64,000 bases of DNA from Tubulanus polymorphus (Eukaryota > Animalia > Nemertea), in NCBI RefSeq assembly GCF_964204645.1, contig NC_134028.1, positions 13,585,653-13,649,652 on the forward strand, read 5' to 3'. Positions 26,807-37,839 of this stretch are shown here, piece by piece (the stretch's first letter is position 1; each line of letters begins with the position of its first letter). The position numbers and the translations under genes are program-made. The notes beneath the pieces were generated by a model. That model searched no databases. It was given only the letters and a program-made list of their open reading frames with translations, and was not told the origin of the DNA.

Positions 26807-28054
26807 CTAATATTGAATACTATCTAATTGTGAATTTACAATATTTAATTGCGCGTCAGATATAATATAAATGTGCATTTTGAAATTTTTGTCCCCTCTT
26901 TTCTTCGCCATGAATAATTGTATTCCATCTTTAGTGTTTTGTAGTTTTTTTCCAGAACCATGTAATGAATTATCCTCTGTTGTTCTAAAATCTAACCATA
27001 ATGCATATTTATTGCCGGTATAATAATCAATTTGATTAATATTACAATTTTCAAATGATTTTACTTTTTCATTCATAAAATGTTTTCTAATTTCTGGCCA
27101 CTGATCTATCATTCTCATTCCTTGGCAAAATATTTTATTTGCTATTCCTTCGATAGTTATTTCTACTTTTGTTATTTCAGGATTATAATAATTATCAACA
27201 TTTATTGTGCCATTAGTATATGTTGCAATGGTAAAAAATATTAATATGCCTTTAATAGATCTTCTTGGGAAGTTAATATTCTCATTAATTATTTCATCAT
27301 TTGCATTAATAGTTATGGTTTTAAATTTATCAATATAATCATATAATAATGAAAATCCTTGATTGTATTGAGTTTGAATTATACTTGAAATATTTTCATC
27401 AGTTACTGTATCATATTCTAAACATATATTCGATAATTTATAACTCATATCTTTAACAACGCTAGATAATACAATTTCATTTACAGGAGCAAATGTTATT
27501 TCGAATATAACATCTTCTTGAATTGCGTATTTATATAAAGGTGCATTATTATTTATCAATTCAAAATCTAATGGAATTTTATATTTGCTTCCATATATAC
27601 TTTTTATCAATTTATCTACAGCATTAGTTAATATTGCGCTATTAGCTTCTGATCTTAATTTATTTTGGTTTTCTGATTGGATGCCTTGAAATATCATATT
27701 ATTTCTATTTTCTTTAGTTAACCATAAATCTTTATAACGCATAAATAAATTATAATCATCTAATGAGAAAACTGTTTCCGGACCAATCTTTATTGTTAAC
27801 TTTTTAATCAAATATCTTCCAACATTATCAACAACATAATTATTATTATAACCGATTAATTTTATATCAGCTTATAAATAAATACTATTTGGAACATAAA
27901 AAGTATTTTTTGTTAATCGAGGGATTCTAACATATAAAGTTTCATTGGGATTAATATTTGAAGGGTTATTAGTAATTATATGATGTGATCTTTCTGCTTT
28001 AATAGCATTAGATATTCTAGAAATCTTAGAAGGACTTATATAACTCCCACTCAT
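26807..28054 (-). pseudogene. Major capsid protein (probable double jelly-roll, ~415 codons) with one in-frame stop
   Basis: ORFs 27872-28054 and 26807-27811 are in frame; TAA replaces the TCA seen in the copy at 46558. The size, position next to the integrase and beta-rich pattern fit a Polinton MCP (family call from recall, not from a search). Confidence 0.75.
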
Positions 28055-28075
28055 TTATTTAACAAAAAAAATTAA

Positions 28076-29539
28076 TTATTTATTTTTTATTATTTTTTCT
28101 TGATATCTTTTTGATATCATATTTACTGACCCAAAAATAATAGCACTTACAACTGTAATTAAAAATAAAATAATATGTTCAGCAGCAAAGTTAATAATGT
28201 TTCCTGCAGATTTCAATATAAAACCAACAATTGATGCAATAATTCCTGGTAAAGCTGCAGCAGATTTTTTAAATAGTTCCCATAAATATTTTGCTAATTT
28301 CTTTAAACCATCTTTAACTTTATCTTGTATAGAATTATTACCTGGGGGTTTATCTGGTTTATTGGGAGTGGGAGTAGGAGTAGATTTTAAAGCATTTGAT
28401 ATTGCTAAACCAATTGTTGTAAATAACATAGTTACAGCTGTTAGAATTGAAAGAATTGTTATTCCTTCTAACTTAAATAATAATCTTATTCTGTCTTTTA
28501 ATGATATTTCAGAATCTGGTTTAATCAACAAATCTTTAAAAATAACTTTTAATCTATTAATATTATAATCATATGATTTTAATAATGATTTAATTTCTTC
28601 TTTTTGTAATTCTATGTTATATTCTAAATCATTTTTTTCTTTTTCTAAACGTAATTCTTTTTGCCTATATTCTATTTCATCAATTGCTTGACGATCTAAA
28701 TCAGACTTTAATTGTTCTATTTCTTTATTTTTATCAGTTAATTCTTTTTCTAAAGTTCTAATTTTAAAATCTCTTATACTTTTATCATGCGCAATTTTAT
28801 CAGATGCAAGTCTTATACTAATAATTTCTCTAATTGCTTTATCAGAAAATATATTTAAATCTTCTAATTGTTGATCTGTTGCATCAAGTAATCCATTCGG
28901 TAAAAGTTTTTCAGTTTGAACTTCTCTTGAATTAGGTTTACTAGTTTTGGAATTAATAACTTCTTTAGGAATTTTTTTTTGTCTTAAATTTTCATTAATT
29001 ATCTTAAAAAATTTAGCATTTCTTTGTTTAAATTCTTTTATATTATCATCTCTTTCTTCTTGTGTAACATCAGTTATAACATCATTAATGATTTTCTTAA
29101 TTCTATCTGGTTTAAATAAATTAAAAGTTGATTGTGTTATTATTTTATCGTTACTTTTGAGATTTGAAATCTTAAAATAATAGTCGCCTTTCAATTTCCA
29201 ATGATAATCACCATTAAAATATTTCAAATCTTTTACTAAATAATTCATACCTTTATTTGTTTTATTGAAACCAGATCTTTTTAAAATTGGTTTAAATTCA
29301 TGAATAATTTCTTTATATTCGTATTCTTTTTCTGTTATTTCTTGTACTTCATTTTCAATACTTATCTTTGAACGTGTTTTATCAATATATTCAGGTGTAT
29401 TTAAATTAGAATTATATGCTGTTTCATTACCATCATTAAAACTTGTTTCATTAAAATCAGGTTGTGGTTCATCATCAATATATCCTTCATTATTAATTCC
29501 CATGCCTTCCAATGGAAAACCTTCTCCACCTTCTGCCAT
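28076..29539 (-). CDS. Coiled-coil protein with C-terminal hydrophobic/TM segments (487 aa)
   Basis: Heptad-rich middle; hydrophobic GITILSILTAVTMLFTTIGLAI and IILFLITVVSAIIFG; conserved in three copies. Confidence 0.8.
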   Translation of the reverse strand: MAEGGEGFPLEGMGINNEGYIDDEPQPDFNETSFNDGNETAYNSNLNTPEYIDKTRSKISIENEVQEITEKEYEYKEIIHEFKPILKRSGFNKTNKGMNYLVKDLKYFNGDYHWKLKGDYYFKISNLKSNDKIITQSTFNLFKPDRIKKIINDVITDVTQEERDDNIKEFKQRNAKFFKIINENLRQKKIPKEVINSKTSKPNSREVQTEKLLPNGLLDATDQQLEDLNIFSDKAIREIISIRLASDKIAHDKSIRDFKIRTLEKELTDKNKEIEQLKSDLDRQAIDEIEYRQKELRLEKEKNDLEYNIELQKEEIKSLLKSYDYNINRLKVIFKDLLIKPDSEISLKDRIRLLFKLEGITILSILTAVTMLFTTIGLAISNALKSTPTPTPNKPDKPPGNNSIQDKVKDGLKKLAKYLWELFKKSAAALPGIIASIVGFILKSAGNIINFAAEHIILFLITVVSAIIFGSVNMISKRYQEKIIKNK

Positions 29540-29555
29540 TTACATAATACAAAAA

Positions 29556-30972
29556 TTAAAATTTAAAATATAATATTCCTCCTATAACAATTCCTATACA
29601 AGTTATAGCTAATTTAGTATTTTCATGGGATTTATTATCATCATTTAGTTTAATTATTTCATGTTGAATATTATCAGTTTTAATATCACCGTGTGGGTGC
29701 CGTACGGCACCATTTTCTGATGTATTGTATTCTTTTATTTTAGAATCATTATTTAATTTAATATTATTAGTTTTAGTTTCTGTTGATTGAATACGTTTTT
29801 TATTTTTTTCACCTTCCATTAATTTTGGAGCAGTGATAATCTTTTTATTTATATCATTCAATCCAAATGAATTATTTATTGTTGCAGTTTTTAATTAGAT
29901 TATTATAACCAATTATGTTTCCCATCTTTAATACTAAATCATTAGAAATAATTAATAGATTAGGGCCTATACAATAATTCAGCCTCAGATGAAATTTATC
30001 TAAATAATTTTGATATCTTATAATGTTTTCTGGAATCGATCTATTTTTATCATTATGAATTGAATCTTCAAATAAAACTTTAAATTGTTTCTGTGTATCA
30101 AATGATGTATTCAAATTTCCAATTATCGGTGATCTTGTTTCAACTTGTGATCCTAGAATACAAATCAAATAAGTTCTAATAGATTGATTTATTCTTTCTA
30201 TACCTGATTTAGTAAAACCTTCACTATTTTCTAAAATGAAATAAACCCAACCATTATTGTTTTCTTGTTTTAAATGATCATAAAATTTCGGTAATTTTTT
30301 GAAATTTAATGTTTCTAAATCCTTAGTTTCTATTTTACCATAACCTAATTTATTATTATAGATATTATAAAAGCTATTAGATGGTATGGGAAGTGCACAA
30401 TATTCTGCAATCTTTTTAGGGCAAGGAAGTGATCTTATTGTTCCAATTTTTGTTCTAAAATCAGAATTATTTATATCTATATTAAATTCATTGCAAATTT
30501 TATAAAACTTAGATAAATTAATATTATTATCTAATTCTTTAAAATATCTAGATCCTGGTAAAGCGCACTCTAATTCATTTAATATTATTCTGATTTGAAA
30601 GTATGTATGAAATCTAAACAAACTTTGAATTAATTTATATTTAGAATTATTCAAATGATCATTCCAACTAATTCCACATCCTGTTGTTGCACAATAAACA
30701 GCAAAATTTAATTGGTTCTGCCAATACTTCATATTAGATTTTAATAACCATTGTTTTTCATCTTTCAATTTTTTAAAATTAATTAAATATACATAAAATA
30801 TATTTTCCATCTTTGCATTAAAATTATTAGTTTCAGTAACATAAATTTCTAAATTAGTTAATGAATCTAAAACTTCATTTCTATATGTAATATCTTTATT
30901 AAAATCTATTGCTGGAATATTATATTTAATTGATTTATTATATTGGAAAGCTTTTGGAAAACTATCAACCAT
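29556..30972 (-). pseudogene. Conserved Polinton protein with C-terminal TM anchor, one frameshift
   Basis: The 366-aa and 101-aa ORFs are bridged in the other two copies; extra A in AAAAACTG near 29890; motif YWQNQLNFAVYCATTGCGIS. Confidence 0.75.
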
Positions 30973-30988
30973 TTATATAATTAAAAAA

Positions 30989-31423
30989 TTAATAATTTAT
31001 TAATTCTTTTAATAATTTATCTTGTTCCTCAACTGTTATATGACCATTTAAACTTATTATATAATCTAGTGTGTTCTTTAATTTATTAATTTCTTTTATA
31101 TTATTTTTAATTTTTTCTTTATTACTTTTTATATTTAATTTTGAACTTATACCGGTTAAAACACTTGAACTTAATCCTAACACACCAATTGATATAGCTA
31201 AAGGTGTTAATGGACTGAATATTGCAAGAAATGTTATTACAGAACTAATTGTAACCGAACCACTGATAATAAGATAATATATAATTTTACTTTTTAGATA
31301 TTTTTTCTTTTTACTTTTTAAGTCACTTTCAAATTCTAATATTTGTTTTTCTAAATATATTTTTAATTTAGTTTTATTTATATCATGAGGAATAATATCA
31401 ATACTATCGACTTTATCTTCCAT
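30989..31423 (-). CDS. Small two-TM protein flanked by coiled coils (144 aa)
   Basis: Hydrophobic hairpin; homologs at 43166, 61555-61974 and ~62890-63107. Confidence 0.8.
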   Translation of the reverse strand: MEDKVDSIDIIPHDINKTKLKIYLEKQILEFESDLKSKKKKYLKSKIIYYLIISGSVTISSVITFLAIFSPLTPLAISIGVLGLSSSVLTGISSKLNIKSNKEKIKNNIKEINKLKNTLDYIISLNGHITVEEQDKLLKELINY

Positions 31424-31442
31424 TTATTTAGAAAAAAAATTA

Positions 31443-31865
31443 CTAATTAGTAAACTTATATGCTACAAATATAACAATAACAGTTCCACCTAAAATCCAT
31501 ATTATTTCATATTTCTTCTGTTCATTACTTGGGGTATAATAATCTGATAATTTAGGTTTGTATAGATGTAATTTTTCTTTATTTGTTACTGCGTTATATA
31601 AACTCATTGCATCATCAACTGATTGAAAATCTCTGTGTGAAATCTTCTGATCATATAATTCTTTGTTAATATAATCCATATAGTTTTGCCTCTTTTCTCT
31701 ATATTCTTCTGCTGCTTTATTGTATTTCTCTAATGCTAAGTTATGTCTTCTTTGTTCTCCTAATGAACTATTTTTATCAATATGTTTAAATAAATAACCA
31801 CCACCAGTAAATGCTAAAGCGTTAACAATTGCTGATCCTATAATAGTTATAATTGCAGAAACCAT
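31443..31865 (-). CDS. Small Polinton membrane protein (140 aa)
   Basis: Hydrophobic N- and C-termini; homolog at 42727. Confidence 0.8.
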   Translation of the reverse strand: MVSAIITIIGSAIVNALAFTGGGYLFKHIDKNSSLGEQRRHNLALEKYNKAAEEYREKRQNYMDYINKELYDQKISHRDFQSVDDAMSLYNAVTNKEKLHLYKPKLSDYYTPSNEQKKYEIIWILGGTVIVIFVAYKFTN

Positions 31866-31890
31866 TTATTTAGCAAATAAAATTATGCAT

Positions 31891-32112
31891 TTATATGGGA
31901 GGAATATATTTTTGTTTTTCCAAATAATCAATAGTTAAATTAGATAAAGTAACTGCTAATGTTAATTTTAAAATATCATTTATATCAAATCTATCAACAT
32001 TAACACTTCCCATTTTAAATACTTTTTTTAATACCATTGAATAACCAACAGTTCCAACTGATAGTAATGCTCCATTATATAATCCAGTTATTATCCACTT
32101 ATTATCACTCAT
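31891..32112 (-). CDS. Small hydrophobic protein (73 aa)
   Basis: Nearly identical ORF at 42481-42702. Confidence 0.75.
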   Translation of the reverse strand: MSDNKWIITGLYNGALLSVGTVGYSMVLKKVFKMGSVNVDRFDINDILKLTLAVTLSNLTIDYLEKQKYIPPI

Positions 32113-32454
32113 TTATTTATCAAAAAAATTACTATCATCAAAATATTTAGTTAACTTATTTATGATTATTTCAACATTTATTTCATTACTAGTTTTATGA
32201 TTATCATATATTTTGGATAATATGTTTTTGATATCATCAATAATTCCATCTTCATTTAATTCATAATATTCTAATGGTGATTTAATTAAATCAATTACTT
32301 TTTCTATATTATAATTTTCTTTATCAATCATTGATGCATTGTTAAATGATTTACTTTTTATATCAGTAATTACATCATTTAATTTAATTATCATTTCTTT
32401 ACCATGTTTAAAATCAAACCCAAAACATATACTCGGTCCAACAGTTATATTCAT
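32113..32454 (-). CDS. Hypothetical protein (113 aa)
   Basis: Homolog at 42124-42480 with conserved ends and a divergent middle. Confidence 0.7.
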   Translation of the reverse strand: MNITVGPSICFGFDFKHGKEMIIKLNDVITDIKSKSFNNASMIDKENYNIEKVIDLIKSPLEYYELNEDGIIDDIKNILSKIYDNHKTSNEINVEIIINKLTKYFDDSNFFDK

Positions 32455-32471
32455 TTATATAGTGAAAAAAA

Positions 32472-33233
32472 TTACTCTCTACATCTTATAACTAATTCAT
32501 AAATTACAGGGAAATTATTTAAATCAATTAAGTATCCATTATGATTTCTAATTTCTAATCTAAAATTATTAAAACGAGGAATGCATGGTTTGAAATCACA
32601 TTCTGTTAATTTATAATTTATTTGCGTTTCAAATTCTTTAACATTCTTCAATGGTAAAATGTTTAGTAAACCAGAATTACAAGTTATATCTTTAGTTGCT
32701 TCGAATGTTTTTGTAGGATCGATTAAATTGCAATAAATATAAAAATGTGTGTAAGGTATTAAGTTTGGTGTAGTAGCGTCAATATTTGTAAAAGATCTAT
32801 CTGGAAGAATTCCTAACAGTTTAGCTATAGGTTTTTTTACCATAAATTTATGTTTTTCACTATTAGACAACCTTATCTTTATTCTATCAGAACTCTCACT
32901 TTTTAAAAATCTAATACTAAACCCAGAACTACTACCTAATTTGTGCCAGGCTTTTCTATTAATTTCTTGTGGCAATGTATCTAAATTATATAACCCTGTT
33001 TTTAAATATATATAGACCCATTCATTTTTATTTTTATTAAAAATTAAAAAAGCTCTATGTTCAATAGTTTTATCCGATATATTGTAAAATGAGTAACATA
33101 AACTTATATTAACTAATTTTAAATCTACACAATTCTTAAATTCTCTATCTAATTGAACTATTAAATTATGAGATTTATAATTTGTAAGCCTTCTAGAATC
33201 AACAAATATTCTGTATTGTTTTAATTCTACCAT
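32472..33233 (-). CDS. Probable minor capsid protein (penton)
   Basis: IFVDSR near the N-terminus, YSFYNIS, and C-terminal IRNHNGYLIDLNNFPVIYELVI resemble Polinton/virophage-type pentons. Confidence 0.6.
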   Translation of the reverse strand: MVELKQYRIFVDSRRLTNYKSHNLIVQLDREFKNCVDLKLVNISLCYSFYNISDKTIEHRAFLIFNKNKNEWVYIYLKTGLYNLDTLPQEINRKAWHKLGSSSGFSIRFLKSESSDRIKIRLSNSEKHKFMVKKPIAKLLGILPDRSFTNIDATTPNLIPYTHFYIYCNLIDPTKTFEATKDITCNSGLLNILPLKNVKEFETQINYKLTECDFKPCIPRFNNFRLEIRNHNGYLIDLNNFPVIYELVIRCRE

Positions 33234-35366
33234 TATTTATAACATAAAAAAATTACCATCATCACTAAAAATTAATTTTAATAAAATTTTTCCTAAATAA
33301 ATGGATGAGAAGATAGCATGCGAAATTTGTGGTGAACTTTTAAGAAAAAGTAATATGGCTCGACATATGAAAAAACATGATGAAAATTATAAACCCCCTA
33401 AAATAAACTGCCCAAAATGTAATAAATTATTCTCAAGAAATTATGTTAAAAAACATTCAGAGAAGTGTAGAATTAATGGCGCAACGGCTTATGTTGATAG
33501 TAACGAAAGTAATAGTAATTCTGTTGAAGTTGAACCTGAAATTATTTGGAAAAGACCTTTCTTATTCTATGACAAGGATGGTGTATTAGGTGATAGATAT
33601 TTCAATGTAAATGATAACCCTGAATATAAGTTATTATATATGGATGCAAATAATTTGTATGGTTGGGCAATGATGGAACCACAACCTTATGCAGTATTTG
33701 AAATAACTGAAGTTTCGCAACATGAAAATAATGATAAATTTGATTGGAAGAAAAGAATCCTAGATATTGCAGATGATTCAGATACTGGTTACTTCTTTGT
33801 TGTAGATTTAGAATATCCTGAACATATTAAATTTAAATCTAGAAATCTAGCATACTGTCCAGAACATAAAACTGTAACTCATGAAGAATTATCAAATTAT
33901 CAAAAAAGAATTAAACCTGAAAATCATATTCATACAGAAAAGTTAATGGTAACTCAAGAAGATAAATATAATTATGTAGTACATTATAGAATGTTAAAGT
34001 TTTATCTAAAACAAGGAATGATCCTAAAAAAAGTACATAGTTATATTTCATTTAGTCAATCTAAGTGGTTAGAAAATTATATAGATCTTAACACCAAACA
34101 CAGAACTGAAGCTAAAAACTGATTTTGAGAAAGATTTCTTCAAACTAATGAACAATGCATTCTATGGTAAGACTTGTGAAAATATTAGAAATAGAAATGA
34201 TATTGAGTTAGTTAGTAATGGTAAAAGGATAAGGCATTTACAATCATATCCTAAGTTTTTAGGTAACAGAATATTTGATGAAAATTTAGCTGCAGTTAAA
34301 ATGAGAAGAACTTCTATGAAATTTAATAAACCAATTTATGTTGGAGCATCAGTTTTAGAAATATCAAAATTACTAATGTATGAATTCTATTATAATGTAT
34401 TACAACCACTTTTTGGAGAAAAACATATAGAAATCTTATATTTTGATTCTGTAACAGCCGACACCCCAATATTTTTAAAATATAATAATCACATGTTAAT
34501 TAGAAGAATTTCAGAAATAATTCCAAAACAAAATGAACTTTATATTTCGTATGGTGAAAAAGAATTAATACAAATAAATGGATTAATGGATGTTTGGACA
34601 AAAAATGGATGGGTGAAATTAAAGAATATAATTAGACATAAAACGAATAAGAAAATCTATAGAGTTAGAACTAAATTAGGATTTGTTGATGTTACTGAAG
34701 ATCATAGTTTAATTAAATGGTGATGAAATAAAACCAACTGATATAAAAATTGGAGATGAATTATTACATACAAGATTTTACCCAAGAATGAATCATATGT
34801 CATTTGATAAAATAATTGATAATATTTATAATATACAACCCGAAACATTGGAAGAAAAAGAATATTTTATCAAAGGATTTTTTATGGGTGATGGTTCAGC
34901 AGGTGTTTATAAATATGTTAGTGGAACTAAATATTGTTGGTATTTATGCAATCAAGATTTGAAATTATTAGAACGAATTAAAAAATACTGTGAACAAGTT
35001 TATCCAAATAAAACATTTAAAATCCTAGATTTTATGAAATCATCAGCAATTTATAGAATACATGTAACTAATACTAAAGATTTTGCAATTAAATATAATG
35101 ATGAATTCTATATTCATGCAATAGTGAAAAGTAATACTTCAACTAAAGAAAAGATAGTTCCAGATTATGTAATAAGTGCAAAATATGATTTAAGAAAATG
35201 GTTCTTCATTGGATTTTATGCTGCAGATGGTTCAAAAAACTATACAAAACAGGAAACTATATGAGACGAGAAGATACACAATATCCGTGTAAGAAGATAA
35301 CAAGAGAAATCCCACAATAAGTTCAGCCAAAACGAGAAACTTGAATAGAAGAGTTATATATATTTG

Positions 35367-35406
35367 CGCAACGTTTCGGCTAAAGACTATTAGCCATCAT
35401 CAGGCG
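35367..35406 (-). ncRNA. Hammerhead ribozyme, inverted copy
   Basis: Reverse complement of 40082-40121. Confidence 0.8.
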
Positions 35407-35725
35407 TACTGAGTACAGGAGAATATTACAAGATATTTATACAAGACCAAAACAATAGAAGCAGAGTGAGTGATTAAAATATTGAAAGGGGAATAGATTA
35501 AAGTAATGACATAACAACTAGAAAACAATGCTAAAGTAAGCAAGGCAAACTAGGGGCAATGTAGATTAAAGTAATTAATAAACAAAGACACAAGCTAAAG
35601 TGATTAAAACGGGAGGACAAGCTAAGGGGTAATCAAATAAAACAAAGAGAAGGAACATGAAAGGCGATAATCAGAGAGTGAGTGGAAACAAGCAAACTAT
35701 GATAAAGGCAAAACAATGAAGGGAA

Positions 35726-37315
35726 TTAGTATAACGGGGGTACAAGAGAAGCGAGAAATTTGGAGATCAAAATGTTGTGGGGGGAAAAACCGTTATTCAA
35801 ATTAACACAATTTTCCAAGTTTTCAATAATCAGGGCCGATTCCATAATGTGTCGTTTAATCTTTTCTGAACAGGGGAAAATTATGGAGGCATTTTCAAAA
35901 TCAAAATTGTGGCTGGTTTCGTATACGTGATTAGCAACACCGCTTTCAGGCTTAAAATTCTTTACATCATTCTTATGTTCACGAATGCGCTTGTGTAAAT
36001 CGCGTCCGGTTTCGCCGATATATATTTTGTTACAAACTTTACAGGGAATTTTATATACACCAATGTTCAGGGGTTCAATTTTGGGGGAGTTATGAGTAAG
36101 ATTACGACTAAGTTTGTTGTTATAAGTAAAAATGAGTTGTTTGTTTAAGAGATGGAGGGGAGTTTTAGATTTTTCCAGAAAAGGAACAAAAGGTACAATA
36201 ATAGGCTGTTTACGCGCGCGGGTCCCTTGAGAGCGACTGAAATGTGAACGACGGGCTCTCAAGAGAGCTTTATTCAAAATGTCGTCGGGGTAAGCTAATT
36301 TATTAAGAGAGGTCTTGATCTGGGTTAGTTCATCATCCAAGAAAAGGGGGTCACAAATCCTTAATGCGCGAAGGAATAAGCTTTGGGCAACACTAAGTTT
36401 AATGTTATGAGCGGTGAAGGAGAAATAATGTAGGTATGTTCCAGAGTGGGTAGGTTTCCTATAAACCGAGAATTTTAGACAAGACAAACAATTGTGTATA
36501 CAAACATCAAGGAAAGGGATTTTCCCATCAACTTCCAATTCAAATGTGAAGTTCAAGGAGGGATAAAAAGAGTTAATAAATGTGAGAAATTGATCAATAT
36601 CAAAGTCAAAAGGTATAAGGGCAAGAATATCATCAACGTATCGTAACCAAAGTCTAGGGAGAGTATCTGTGTAAAGAGGTAGTAATTCGGTTTCAACGTG
36701 TTCCAGGAAAAGATTTGCTAGAATGGGACTAAGCGGGTTCCCCATAGCCATGCCAAAAACCTGTTCGAAATATGAATTGTTGAAACTAAAAAAGGAGTTC
36801 TGGGTGCAAAGTTCAATTAATTCGATAATACAATCAGTAGGAATGTCAAAATTGAAATCCAACGAAGGAAGTTTCCGTTTAAGAAAATCAAGGGTAGGCC
36901 TAAGAGGAACATTGGTAAAAAGAGAACTAGCATCAAACGAAATGAATCTATCGTTACCAGGAATAATGTTTTTTAACCGTTCTAATAAATCTTGGTTGTG
37001 TCGTAAATGCGAGGCGGAGAAAGAACCAAGAGCCGGTGATAATTGTTTAGCCAGAAATTTGGATAAACGATAAGAGGGCGAATTACAATTAGATACAATG
37101 GGGCGCAGCGGAACATCTTTCTTATGGATTTTGGGGAGCCCATAGATATAAGGTAGGGAGGGTAGACGTGATTGAAATTTCGAAAGAATATCTTTAGAGT
37201 CCGGAAACCGTTGGATAATACCAGACAGATTCTTATTGAATGAAGCTTGCATACGTGAGAGAGGGTTGGATTTCAATGGTTTATAAACATTAGAGTCATC
37301 GAGAAGGGAGAACAT
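35726..37315 (-). CDS. Penelope RT + GIY-YIG endonuclease, 5'-truncated inverted copy
   Basis: YGLPKIHK, GMAMGNPLSP, LRYVDD, GVYKIPC...YIGETGR. Confidence 0.9.
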   Translation of the reverse strand: MFSLLDDSNVYKPLKSNPLSRMQASFNKNLSGIIQRFPDSKDILSKFQSRLPSLPYIYGLPKIHKKDVPLRPIVSNCNSPSYRLSKFLAKQLSPALGSFSASHLRHNQDLLERLKNIIPGNDRFISFDASSLFTNVPLRPTLDFLKRKLPSLDFNFDIPTDCIIELIELCTQNSFFSFNNSYFEQVFGMAMGNPLSPILANLFLEHVETELLPLYTDTLPRLWLRYVDDILALIPFDFDIDQFLTFINSFYPSLNFTFELEVDGKIPFLDVCIHNCLSCLKFSVYRKPTHSGTYLHYFSFTAHNIKLSVAQSLFLRALRICDPLFLDDELTQIKTSLNKLAYPDDILNKALLRARRSHFSRSQGTRARKQPIIVPFVPFLEKSKTPLHLLNKQLIFTYNNKLSRNLTHNSPKIEPLNIGVYKIPCKVCNKIYIGETGRDLHKRIREHKNDVKNFKPESGVANHVYETSHNFDFENASIIFPCSEKIKRHIMESALIIENLENCVNLNNGFSPHNILISKFLASLVPPLY

Positions 37316-37839
37316 TTTTTGATTATAATCACAGATATCTAAGAGAACAATTTTGCCACCTTTATCAGCTTTTGAAATACGAACAGAGTCTAGTTCAATT
37401 CTTCTTTATAACCTTTCCACATCTCATCTCTTGCTTTCGGACTTATGAAAAGCGGTACATCCAAGCGAAAACAGCAAAAACCAAAGTGAAATTTCTGCAA
37501 GACTGCCTCAGCGAAAAGGTGATTCCTCGCTCCATGAACTGGATCAAGAAATTCGATTCGCATTCACCATTTCCGAAGCAAGTAAATTCTCATCTAAGAT
37601 CAGCGATCGGCAAAGCTAAAGATGATTGCGATTATCAATTCTTCAGATCTCGGCAAGCGCACAATTACCTCAGATCTCAACTTCCGGACCCGCATCTCTT
37701 CAACTTACTCAGCTCTATCGTTATGGACTCCGGTAACCGTCATTTTTCATTTTTCTGACAATTCTTGTAAACTTATTCGAAACTTCAACAGCTCATTATT
37801 CTTAGTCCTTGGACTAAGTTTAGCAACACGGACATTATT

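Noticed and set aside
28197-31277. Plus-strand ORFs opposite the Polinton genes (also 45490-46593 on minus)
   Set aside because: Antisense artefacts lacking the TAAATG start motif.
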